Shown here: in pieces, positions 49,592 through 61,924 of the stretch | Layout of the letters: each line of letters starts with the position of its first letter | Position numbering within the stretch: the first letter of the stretch is position 1 | Source of the DNA: Octopus sinensis | Taxonomy: Eukaryota | NCBI RefSeq assembly: GCF_006345805.1 | Contig: NC_043004.1 | Coordinates: 70,804,001 to 70,868,000, forward strand | Direction: 5' to 3' | DNA length: 64,000 nt | Made by a program: the position numbers and the translations under genes | Notes under the pieces: model-generated | The model's database searches: none | What the model was told of the DNA's origin: nothing | The model's input: the letters and a program-made list of their open reading frames with translations, nothing else

Positions 49592-51110
49592 TACTTGCAT
49601 ATATATATTTTTTATATTATATATATATCTCTATTTATAAAACTGACTTGACCGCTTGTTTGACTCGACCGCTTGGATCGCTTTCAAGGCCACTACATCC
49701 TGTCGGATTGACTCCAAAATTTACAGGGACATGTAAAATGAGATGACGATGCCCGTGGGCTACGGTAGAAATCCTATCTTAAAAGGTGTCGTTGCTAGGG
49801 CCAAAAACCCACTTGACAAGGCCACTCCCATTCTTTTACGTATCTGTCTTCCTCACTCATGCTATTTCCTCCCTTCCTGTATAACTCCCCTTCACTTTCC
49901 CTTTATAACTTCGTCAAACGGCGTTCTTTATCTCGCTGTCTGCATTCATAGAGAGAATTATCATCGCCACCACCAACACACAATCATGAGAACAAATATT
50001 ATGAATCAGATATTTATTGCGTTCATTTATATATGTGTGTGTGTGTGTGTTCGATATATAAATATGTATATATAATGTATATATACTACGTGTATATATC
50101 TGTATTTATGTATATTAAACTTTTTAATAATTTTTTATAGTTATATATATTTTTAAACAAATTATAAATATAATTTAATAATTTTTATGTTAAATTTTAA
50201 TAATTTCAATTTTTCAATTTTATATTTTATATATTTTCTATATTATATTTTTATTTTTATGTTTTTGTTTTGGGTTTTTCACTGTTTGATTTGCCTATTA
50301 GTGGTTTTATCTCTAATTTAATTTATTCATATATATATATATATATATATAATATATATATATATAATTTGTATACATTTGTATATATAATGCGTGCACA
50401 CACACACACACACACACACATACACGCACACACACACACACATATATACATATATATATATATATTATATATATATATATATATGCTCGAATGAGGAGTA
50501 GATAGAGCACCGACAACTGATGAAGCATCGTTCTTTATGTTACTTGTCCTGTTTTCCTTGTTTCTATCATTGTTTGCATATTGAACTCATTTGCTTTCGT
50601 ATTTCATGTTGTTTACTGCCTGGTGATGTCCTGTACCCATATGCTGAGACTCCCTTCGGTCATGAATGACCATGGGATTGCACCTAGAAAGTTACCCTCC
50701 CTGGCACAAGTCCGGGCAAGCTTGTTTATGGAAGACCAGCGGTCGCCCATTCATACCGGCCTCCCCTCTCCGTGCCACCAGTGTTATTCAAGGGAAAGGG
50801 AAAGGGGCCGATACAGCTTGGCACCTGTGACATCGCAACTCATTTCTACAGCTGAGTGAACTGGAGCAACGTGAAATAAAGTGTCTTGCTCAAGAACACA
50901 ACACGCAGCCCGGTCCGGGATTCGAACTCACAACCTCACAATTGTAATCTCGATGTTCTAACCACTGAGCCATGCGCCTTCACATATACCATATATGTAC
51001 CCATATATGCATTGTATATACATACATACATACATACATACATACATACATACATACATACATACATACATACATACATACATACATACATACTACATAC
51101 ATACATACAT

Positions 51111-51143
<33 letters not shown>

Positions 51144-51927
51144 TACTTGCATATATTTATTTTTTATATTATATATATATCTCTATTTATAAAACTGACT
51201 TGACCGCTTGTTTGACTCGACCGCTTGGATCGCTTTCAAGGCCACTACATCCTGTCGGATTGACTCCAAAATTTACAGGGACATGTAAAATGAGATGACG
51301 ATGCCCGTGGGCTACGGTAGAAATCCCTATCTTAAAAGGTGTCGTTGCTAGGGCCAAAAACCCACTTTGACAAGGCCACTCCCATTCTTTTACGTATCTG
51401 TCTTCCTCACTCATGCTATTTCCTCCCTTCCTGTATAACTCCCCTTCACTTTCCCTTTATAACTTCGTCAAACGGCGTTCTTTATCTCGCTGTCTGCATT
51501 CATAGAGAGAATTATCATCGCCACCACCAACACACAATCATGAGAACAAATATTATGAATCAGATATTTATTGCGTTCATTTATATATGTGTGTGTGTGT
51601 GTTCGATATATAAATATGTATATATAATGTATATATACTACGTGTATATATCTGTATTTATGTATATTAAACTTTTTAATAATTTTTTATAGTTATATAT
51701 ATTTTTAAACAAATTATAAATATAATTTAATAATTTTTATGTTAAATTTTAATAATTTCAATTTTTCAATTTTATATTTTATATATTTTCTATATTATAT
51801 TTTTATTTTTATGTTTTTGTTTTTCACTGTTTGATTTGCCTATTAGTGGTTTTATCTCTAATTTAATTTATTCATATATATATATATATATATATATAAT
51901 TTGTATACATTTGTATATATAATGCGT

Positions 51928-52005
<78 letters not shown>
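48895..52005. repeat. Near-identical tandem duplication, 1562-bp offset
   Basis: 49324 vs 50886 and similar pairs. Junctions lie in (TA)n tracts. Differences are mostly microsatellite length and homopolymer indels. Confidence 0.95.
49625..49790 (-). mobile_element. Helentron/DINE-like 3' fragment (second copy about 51180-51350)
   Basis: The minus strand ends ...aaattttggagtcaatccgacagg...gttttataaatagagat, the same terminal pattern as 43575-43946 and 56923-57317. Confidence 0.45.
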
Positions 52006-52008
<3 letters not shown>

Positions 52009-53202
52009 GTGTGCATTATGTGGTTGGTCGGTTGAGCTGAAAATACGCACACCTCTGCTAAAAGTGCTGGCAAGTTTGCATGACAAATATTTTTTTCCTC
52101 AAATGAAAGGCGTGACCTCTAGGACAAAATTCCTCATCTTATAAAATGTGGCCCTAGTACACCCGAATGAAATCGGGTTATATTAACCAAAATGTGAAAA
52201 GGGGTCTAAATGGGGCTGGAAGCGGATTAAAATTTGAAGGAGCAGGTGTTAAGGAATTCTCTGTTACATCAAGCTAAAAAATTTGTGCCAGCCTTTTAAT
52301 CGTCAGTGTTTTGCTGTTCATGATGAAGAAGTTTTGAATGCTTGCCATGGTGAGTCTACTGTCGTGAAAAAGAATCACTTCAAAAATTGGTGTTTACCAA
52401 TTTTCTTTTACATCAAGTTCAAAATTTTACGCCAGCCGTTAAACTGTCAATACGTTGCTGTCCGTCGTTAAGAAATGCCAGCCATGGTGACTCTACTATC
52501 CTCAGATTCTATCCCTTCAAACTTTGGTTTCCAATATTTTATTATTTTTATTCAGCTCGCAAGTTCGTCTGTCCCTTTTAAATGTTAGTGTTTTGCTGTC
52601 TGCCTTGAAGCAGACCTTTCCGTTGCCACTGCCTGATATTTATGATTGATCTTTCTAAATATTTTATTTCTCAACTTACTCAAGATCTTTTGTTGTTTAT
52701 AAATGGGAGAGAGATAGATAAAGATAGAGAGTAAGAGAAAGCGAGGGAGAGTCCGAGAGAAAGGAAGAGTAAGAGAGTGGGGAAAGTGAGAGAGAAAGGA
52801 GAGAGAAACAAAGAGGGAGAATCATCATCATCATCATCATCGTTTAACGTCTGTTTTCCGTGCTAGCACGGGTTGGACAGTTTGACTGGGGTCTGGGAAG
52901 CCAGGAGGCTGCACCAGGCTCCAGTCTGATCTGGCAGTGTTTCTACAGGTGGATGACCTTCCTAACGCCAACCACTCTGTGAGTGTAGTGGGTGCTTTTT
53001 TCGTGCCACTGGCACAGGTGCCAGGGGGGGCTCACAGCGGCAATGATCGGTTGGTGCTTTTTACGTGTCACCGGCACAGATACCAGTCAAGGCGGCGCTG
53101 CAATCAGCTATGTTCGGATGGTGCTTTTTACGTGCTGAAAGGAAGCAACAGAAAGTAACAACCACACACTTACCTGCGCGTAGAGCGGGTCACCTTCAGC
53201 TA

Positions 53203-53239
<37 letters not shown>

Positions 53240-53849
53240 TCTATAATCTACATGAGTAAGCACATAAATGCAAGTCAAGGTGGAAAAAATAGCACTCGAA
53301 TGCTGAAAGTAGATTAATATGCTTTTTTTTTATAAAAGCTATAAAAACTCCATGAGCTGGCAGAGTTTTTAGTATGCCAGGCAAAATGTTTAGCTGTATT
53401 TTGTCTGCCGCTACATTCTGAGTTCAAATTCTGTTGAGGTTGACTATTGTCTTTCATCTTTTTGGGGTCGATTAAATAAGTACCAGTTATGCACTGGGGT
53501 CAATGTAATCGACTTAATCCCTTCCCCCAAATTTGAGGCCTTGTGCTTCCAGTAGAAAGGATTATTATAGAGTGAGAGAGCAGTGCATGCCATCAAAATG
53601 ACACTGGGGTAAAATATACGAAGCCCAGTATACCCATCATGACTACCCATCTGATAAGGGTACACCTGGCACATGCATCACAACCATATGTGTGCGACAT
53701 GGTGATCTCATATCAAGATAAACAGCACATGACCTTGAGGTGGGGCCCAGTTAGAATTTTCTTCTGGTCAAGTAACCCATCCCGCTCAAAAGGTCCCTGA
53801 AGAAAGGTTGTTTAAGGATGTTGAACGAAACACTTTTTTGCAGAGGTGA

Positions 53850-53886
<37 letters not shown>

Positions 53887-55123
53887 GAGGAGGTGAGCTG
53901 CCAGAATTGTTGGCATGCTAGGCAAAATGCTTAGTGGTATTTTGTCTGCCACTATGTTCTGAGTTCAAATTCTGCTGAGGTCGACTTTGCTTTTCATCCT
54001 TTCGGGGTCAATTAAATAAGTACCAGTTATACACTGGAGTCAGTGTAATTGACTTAATCCCTTCCTCCAAGCTGCCCTTGGCAAAAATTTGAAATCATTA
54101 TTATTATCAATAATAATCTATGTATACTCTGGACAATTGTTTACCATCCAGTGAAGCATACATGGAATTACCCATCGGAAGAATTCATGGAGTGACTAGC
54201 AACAAATTGTAGTCGCAGACGTTAAATACTGATTGAAGTGGTTAGCCATTAACTGGAACTTAAGTGAGAGCCACTACGGTATCCACCCGGATAATATATC
54301 CCTCGAAACTCACACACACTTATATATATAAATATACTTTTATTTTGAGTTGTATTTTTCCTGTTTGCATTATATATTATATTTAAATGTTTGTGTGTGT
54401 GTGTGCTTTTGTGTCTTGACGTATGATGGTTGTAAATGAGTGTCACTGTCATACATGCAGTGTTATTCATTTCCAATATTCTACAAAATCATGTCAGGCC
54501 ATGGGACAAATATCATCTTGTTTGGAAATGGGTAAGGGTTGGCAATTAGAAAAGTAGTGGAGGTACGTGGCTTAGTGGTTAGGGTGTTGGACTCATAATT
54601 GTAAGATTGTGGTTTCAATTCCAGAACAGAACACTTCATTTCATGTTGCTCCACTCCACACAGCTGGCAAAAATGAGTAATCCTGCGATGGGCCAGCATC
54701 CCATCCAGATGGGGACTTCATATACTATGGGAACCAGGAAACTAGCCCTTATAAGCCAACATGACTCAAGAAAGTATCTTTATCTTTTTTTTAAATAGGA
54801 AAGGCATCTGGCTGTAGAAAGTCTGCTTCAATAAGTTCCACCTGGGCCATGCAAGCATGGAAAAGTGGACATTGAAGTGATGGTCATGACGGTGATCTAG
54901 TTAGGTAATTAACTGATTAACTGTATCAGCAGATTAATTATTGGTTCGTACAATTTCCATATAAAGGAGAAATGCATATTAAAATTACTTCATTTATGAA
55001 CCGATAATTAAGTTGTATTCTATGAAATGCAAAAATTGTCAGCTGTAACAGTGGGAAGTTTCCATTCATTCAGTATTAGCTGTGGCATTGTTAATTCATG
55101 AATGTAGGTCTAGAAACAGCATG

Positions 55124-55161
<38 letters not shown>

Positions 55162-55662
55162 GACAGACAGACAGACAGAGAGTGGCTGTATGGTATTAAG
55201 GTGTTTGCTGTGCACCCAATTGGTTTCGGGTTCAGTTCTGATGTTCAACATCTTGACCAAGTATCCTCCACTGTGACTTTGACTGACCGATGCGCAGTGA
55301 ATCATCATCCTCGTTTAAAGTCTGTTTTCCATGCTGGCATGGGTTGGACAGCTTGACTGAGGACTGGCAAGCCAGGAGGCTGCACCAGGCTCCAATCTGA
55401 TCTGGCATGGTTTCTACAGTTGGATGCCTTTCCTAACGCCAACCACTCCGAGAGTGTAGTGTGTACTTTTTACGTGTGACCAGCTTGGGGGCCAGTCAGG
55501 CGGCACTGGCATTGACCACACTCGAATAGTGCTTTTTACATGCCATTGGCATGTACATCAGATTGTTGGGCACAGGTGTGGCTGTGTGATGAGTTTGCTT
55601 CCCAACTACATGGTTTCTGGTTCATTGGAAACTGAAAGTTTTTTATATACATAGGCGCAGGA

Positions 55663-56055
55663 GTGGCTGTGTGGTAAGTAGCTTGCTAACCAGCCACATG
55701 GTTCCGGGTTCAGTCCCACTGCGTGGCATCTTGGGCAAGTGTCTTCTGCTATAGCCCCGGGCCGACCAATGCCTTGTGAGTGGATTTGGTAGACGGAAAC
55801 TGAAAGAAGCCTGTCGTATATATGTATATATATATGTATGTGTGTGTATGTGTTTGTGTTTGTCTCCCTAGCATTGCTTGACAACCGATGCTGGTGTGTT
55901 TACGTCCCCATCACTTAGCGGTTTGGCAAAAGAGACCGATAGAATAAGTACTGGGCTTACAAAGAATAAGTCCCGGGGTCGATTTGCTCGACTAAAGGCG
56001 GTGCTCCAGCATGGCCACAGTCAAATGACTGAAACAAGTAAAAGAGAGTAAAGAG
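55663..56055 (+). mobile_element. SINE family A, young subfamily
   Basis: Near-identical to 26078-26488. Confidence 0.92.
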
Positions 56056-56059
56056 AAAA

Positions 56060-56325
56060 AAGAGATAAGCCTCTGAGCAGGTATCACCAAGCTTTTGGCA
56101 AAATTTTGTGCAGATTCTCTGCTCAACTTCTGTCATGGTCATTGTGATGATCACATGTTACACACCTTTCTTCCAAGTATTGCTGTAAGCAGTGGAAGTG
56201 AGCTAGAACATTAAAACTTAGTGCATATGCACAGAAGAGATTAAGGTCAATCTGTGCCAAGTGGCTTTACTCTGAGTGCTTTAGTTTTGTTACTATAGCA
56301 ACAGTCTGGATACTTAGTGATCAGA
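56060..56325 (-). mobile_element. Mariner 5' remnant (second family)
   Basis: The minus strand reads MTEVEQRICTKFCQKLGDTCSEAY, matching the mariner N-terminal EQR.CIKFC.KLG..SE motif. Confidence 0.7.
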
Positions 56326-56340
56326 CCTTATATGTATATA

Positions 56341-56454
56341 TGACTGAGGGTGTTAGAACACCTACAATGCTAGAAATAAGAGCTAAAGTGCCCTGATGCT
56401 GCAGCACTTTAGCTCTTATTTCTAGCATTGTAGGTGTTCTAACACCCTCTGTCA
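56341..56454. repeat. Near-perfect 51-bp-arm hairpin
   Basis: Arms at 56341-56391 and 56404-56454. Loop cctgatgctgca. Confidence 0.92.
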
Positions 56455-56792
56455 TATTTAATGACAATTGTAGTTTTCCTTTTTGGTGATCCATTGCTAA
56501 ACAGTTGCCTTACAAGATCCCTTTGAATGAACACTACATGAAGTTAATACCTGCATACTATCCATTTATAATAACAAAATATAAACTCCTATTGGAACTT
56601 ACATACCATAGACAAGAAACCTTTTTACCCATTCTACACAACACATTCCTTGGATAATGGAATAGCAAATTTAACACCCAACATATATCTTTTATTTTTA
56701 TTCTTATATTTCCCTTTATACTTCCTAAATCTCTCCCTTTCTAAAATAACTTCTTATATTGAACTCTGCTATTTCCTTCTGTTTAACTCTCT

Positions 56793-56838
56793 CATCTGTT
56801 GATGAGATATCTTTTATATCTCTGAAACAGCTGTAAGA
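56793..56838 (+). ncRNA. Decayed PLE-type hammerhead motif
   Basis: CUGuUGA-U-GAGAUAU(CUUUU)AUAUCUC-U-GAAA-CAGCUG-UA-AGA. Has a 7-bp stem II and a palindromic ACAGCUGU stem III, but the core is mutated. Confidence 0.4.
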
Positions 56839-56922
56839 CTACCCTTCTCTTTATAAAATGTCCTAGAAATTTTACACTGCCTTGGCTTTGTTGTCTCATT
56901 GTATTTAACCGATATATATATT

Positions 56923-57317
56923 ACTAGCAGTATCGCCCGGCGTTGCTCGGGTTTGTAAGGGAAATAACTATATAAGCATTTTTAGAGATGTAAAGTATAA
57001 TAGCCATCTCAATATGGCTAACCACAAAGGGGGGTGTTACTGTAGCTTTTTACGTTCTGAGATTTAATAATACATTTTTAGAGAGTTACTTCCCTTATAT
57101 ATGCCAAAAATGCATTAAAAATGGGAAAAAAATGATGGTAAATTTTTTTTAAATCGTAGACTCATCGTAGACGCGCGCTAATACCCAGAAGGGCTCGATA
57201 TGAATCACGACTATAAGATACCTGGTTTTGGTTAAACTGCACCGCAAAATGTGGGAGTAGTTAGGAATCTAAATTGTAGGAGTCAGACACACAACTTCAC
57301 TTTTATATTATAAAGAT
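56923..57317 (+). mobile_element. Helentron/DINE-1-like (HINE) element
   Basis: 5' actagcagtatcgcccggcgttgctcggg and 3' gacacacaacttcacttttatattataaagat, inserted in a TA/T context. Confidence 0.7.
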
Positions 57318-58639
57318 ATTGGTAGCATAAATCCCAGCTGTTGCCTCTTGAAGCACATCTGCTTATTCCATTATTACAATCAATAGTTATCCATAGTTAC
57401 TGCTGTATGTTGAAGCGCATATTCAAATTGAGAATTATGGAAATATTATTTGTAGAATTATTGTATAACAAAACAGGAAAATGGAAATTTTTTGGTATTT
57501 ATTCTCCATTACACATGTTTCATAGGCTAATAAGAATTACAAAGATTTACATGTTAGATAAGCATGTAAGGAATTTCCTATTAGAAATTTGTCAGACAGA
57601 AAAAAAAAAAATATATATATATATATATAACAAAAGGCAGTGCTCCAGCATGGCCGCAGTCAAATGATTGAAACAAGTAAAAGATTGTGTGTGTGTGTGT
57701 ATCTATCTATCTATCTATATATTATCTGTGTGAGTGTATGTTGACTTTTTAAAGCTTTGCCTGTTACCATATGAGTGAAACAGGTATATGATGTTTACAT
57801 TCCTTGTTGACATTTCAACTGGTCGCTCTGTGCTTTCGAAGACCAGTTGAATATATATAAAAACAAAACATAAAAACAGTAAAAATTGTACATGAGAAAC
57901 AGATAAGGGTTGGGACTGGAAGAGCATCCAGCTGCAAAACATTGCTTTACATAACTCTCTGACCAAACCATGCTAGCTTAGCAAAACCAGTTATTGATTT
58001 GTCATCATGGTTGTTGTGATGGTAATAGATTGCAAATTGCTACACTGCAGAAAGTCTGCTACTACTCTCGCTTCTGAAATTAGCTACCATAAATTATTTC
58101 TGCTATTTTCACTGTATTTGGTATGTATCCCAGTTTTAGAATGGGCACAGGGTATCTCTGTGCTTTGCGAAAAGTGATTAAAATGGTTAAGTGATTAGAA
58201 GGGCATCATCATCATCATCATCACCACCATCACCACCACCATCATTATCATCATTGTTTAATATCCAGTTTTCCATGCTTTTTTTTGGCTCAGATGGAAT
58301 ATGTTGGGGCAGATTGTCTCCTCTTCCTGATGCCAACCCTCACCTGTAACCAAGAAAGGTGATTTTACTCCCACTTCTCCCATCCTTGGCCAGACATGTT
58401 TTCAGGGAAGATTGGAAATGAAACACACTGCTTGTATGATTGTGATGCTAGTTTGTCACTAACACATATTTTCCCAAAGGTGATGTGCTGGGGGTTAGGA
58501 CTGAATCTGAGACCATATGGTTGGGACTAGCTGAACTCTTATAATGAGTAGCGGCAAGAGGTTGGTAGGAGTCGTTGAGAGAGCATTTTGCAGTCTTGCG
58601 AAGTACCTCTGCATTCTTAAATTATATATCCAACGAGAT

Positions 58640-58945
58640 CTGCATTATTTACATTTGACGGATATTTGTCCTCATCTTGTTTGTTGTTAACACGTTTCGG
58701 CTGATATACCCTCCAGCCTTCATCAGGTGTCTTGGGGAAATTTCGAACCTGGGTTCTCATTCCTAAGGTAATTTTCAATGTTATTATTATTATTATTGAG
58801 GTCACTGCCTGGAATCGAACTCGGAATCTTGGGGTTAGTAGCCTGCACTCTTAACCACTACGCCATATGCCCACAGGCATACGGTGTAGTGGTTAAGAGT
58901 GCATGCTACTAACTCCAAGATTCCGAGTTTGATTCCAGGCAGTGA

Positions 58946-58977
<32 letters not shown>

Positions 58978-59149
58978 TCGAAAAATACCTTAGGAATGAG
59001 AACCCAGATTCAAAATTTCCCCAAAACACCTGATGAAGGCTGGAGGGTATATCAGCCGAAACGTGTTAACAACAAACAAGATGAGGACAAATATCCGTCA
59101 AATGTAAATAATGTAAATAATTTCTCATCCCTTAAATATAGAACTGTAT
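58640..59149. mobile_element. Family H SINE head-to-head dimer (58640-58871 -, 58876-59149 +)
   Basis: Two full tRNA heads point outward, separated by a 4-nt spacer. Perfect 13-bp TSD tatccaacgagat at 58627-58639 and 59150-59162. Hammerhead motifs at 58689-58731 (-) and 59025-59067 (+). Confidence 0.92.
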
Positions 59150-59934
59150 TATCCAACGAGATGTCAAGGATATAAAATTTGGGAAGCAAGCTTCTTAACC
59201 ACACAGCTACATGAGTGCCTATATATATATATATATATATATTATTCTTATGCAAAAATGCTATTGACAGTAACATTGAAGTTTCGTCCAGTTAAGCCAT
59301 CATCATCATTCAGCATCCATGTTTCATGTTGACATAGGTTGGACAGTTTGATCAGGATCCATTGAATTGAAGGACTGCATTGTACTCCAGTGTCTACTTT
59401 GGCATGGTTTCTATAGCTGGATGCCTTTCCTAATGCCAACCATTTTACAGTGTGTGTGTATGTATCATCACAGCTGTCTGAGTTCTTTGATAATTTTGCA
59501 GCATTAATTAAAAGTATATTAATTTACCTTTGGTATTCGAGTACTATTTTTCCCATTTGTTTTGCAGTTATGTACTCACGTGTGTGTGTATATGTATGTG
59601 TATATATATATATATATATATACACATACATATATATATATATACACACATATATACATATCATAATTTAAAATTTGGGTATACATTTAGTAGTATGCTG
59701 TTTAAAACCTGTTTACAGTATTCGGCTACCTGATGTCATCAACAGTATGGATGTAAATGCCACTGGATCTACTTTGAAAATTCCTGATGAGACACATCTG
59801 CACCAATGATGCATCATATCTGTTTATAGAGCATCTAACCTGCGGGGCACCTATGCACATTGGGTTGAAATGATTGTAGTGGTTAACAAAGAATCTCAAG
59901 AATTCTTTACTTTCTCTTATATTATATATCACAC

Positions 59935-60193
59935 GTGATCATGTGACCGACCAGACCATCAGATTTTGCTACACATCGCTGGTCACAATGCGTTCGCATT
60001 GTTTTAGCCTTCGAATGACGCCACCCCACTGGCTAAGCGAGCAGACCAACAGACGAAAGAGTGAGAGAAAGAGTGGTGAAAGAGTACAGCAGGGATCACC
60101 ACCCCCTACCGGAGTATCGTGGAGCTTTTTATCGAAACCGCGATCCTACGACCGCGAGTCCGCTGCTCTAACCACTGGGCCATTGCGCCTCCA
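59935..60193 (-). mobile_element. tRNA-headed SINE, family F
   Basis: Minus-strand head ggaggcgcaatggcccagtggttagagcagcggactcgcggtcgtaggatcgcggtttcgat. Related to 37640-37970. Confidence 0.75.
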
Positions 60194-60198
60194 CATAT

Positions 60199-60236
<38 letters not shown>

Positions 60237-61924
60237 TCATCATCATCATCATCATCATTAGCATCCGTTTTCCATGCTAGCATGGGTTGGACGGTTTTAA
60301 CTGGGGTCTGTGAAGCCGGAAGGCTTCATCAGGCCCAGTCAGATTTGGCAGTATAAATATATATATATATATATAAATAAATAAAGGGTATTTGGCTCAT
60401 GATCGTAAGGTCATTTGTTCAATTCCTGGTGCCGCATCGTGTCTTTGAGCAAGATACTTTATTTCACATTGCTCCAATCCACTCAGCTGGCAAAAATGAG
60501 TGGTACCTGTATTTCAAAGGGCCAGCCTTGTCACATTCTGAGTAATGTTGAATCTCCCTGAGAACTACATTGAGGGTACGTATGTTAGTTACATGAGCAG
60601 GCTGTTCCATTGATCGGATCAACTGGAACCCTCATCGTCATAACTGAACGAGTGACACAGTTACATAAAAGGTAAAGACTCCCTTTGGTCATGAATAACC
60701 ACGGAATTGTACCTAGAACGTTCCCCTCCAAGGTAAAAGTCTGGGCAAGGTTGAATATGGAAGACCAGCAGTCACCCATGCACACCAGCCTCCTCTCTCC
60801 ATGCCACTGATGTTATCCAAGGGAAAGGCAAAGGTCGAAAAAGCTTGCAACTCATTTCCACAGATGAGTGAACTGGAGCAATGTGAAATAAAGTGTCTTG
60901 CTCAAGAACACAACTCGGAGCCAGTTCTGGGAATCAAACTCACTACCTCATGATTAAGAACCCAATGCTCTAACTACTGAGCCATACATCTTCATATATA
61001 TATATATCTGATAAGCTTCTGCACAGTTCCTATGTAGCCAATTTCACTGTCTCGGTTGATTTGGGGCTATGACAAAACTCTCTTGAGGTGCCCCACATCT
61101 TGTGGGATCAACCCAGAATGATGTGTATATGAAGTAAACTGACTTCCAGAGTTCTGCATTTTAAGCTGTCTCTGAGTTGATTGTAGGTCACCCAATTTTA
61201 TTGTTTGACTACGGCTCTGTTGTCTTAGAGATATATTGGTAATTATTCAATTAGAATTGTCTAAGCTGTGTGATATCAGTAACTCATTATATAGTCTTTC
61301 TTACTTTCTGTTTCCTTTTTCTTTTTTTTTTTCTGCTTTTGTTAGTTTGCTTTGGAACGTAGCTAGAAGAATCCGTAATTGCAAAATCATCTTCTGGTGA
61401 AATGTACGATCGATAACAGCTGTTGTTCCTCTATAAATTATTGTAATTTTATGAATTACCTGTCAAGGTTTTTAAAATAAATGGTTTTGTAGATACTGGC
61501 GTGGCTTGTGTGGTTAAGAAGCTCACTTTGCCAGCACGTGGTTATCGGGTTTGGTCCCACTGTGTGGCACCTTGGGCAAGTGTCTTCCATTATAGCCTTT
61601 GGTCGACCGATGCCTTGTGAGTGAATTTGAGAGACAGAAACTGTATGGAAACCTGTCATGTGTTTGTGTGTGCATGTATGTAGATATCATCCACATCGTC
61701 ATCATTTAATGTCCATTTTCCATGCTGGCATGGGTTGGACGGTTTGACTGGAACTGGTAAGCTAGATAGCTGCATTCCATTCCAGTCTGATTTAGTATGG
61801 TTTCTACAGCTGGATGACCTTCCTAACACCAACCACTCCAAGAGTGTAGTGGATGCTTTTTATGTGCCATCAGCACAGGAATATTAATACACTATTATGT
61901 ATTGTAATATTAATATTATACAGG

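Noticed and set aside
57341-57667. 108-aa ORF
   Set aside because: AT-rich chance ORF running into a SINE A tail, with no motif.
57826-57852. 11-bp-stem hairpin (ttcaactggtc/gaccagttgaa) as a miRNA precursor
   Set aside because: The stem is too short for a pre-miRNA and there is no other support.
58800-58950. tRNA genes in the heads of families H, A, B and F
   Set aside because: They have A/B-box-like motifs but no complete cloverleaf or acceptor stem, and each is fused to a repeat body, so they are SINE heads.
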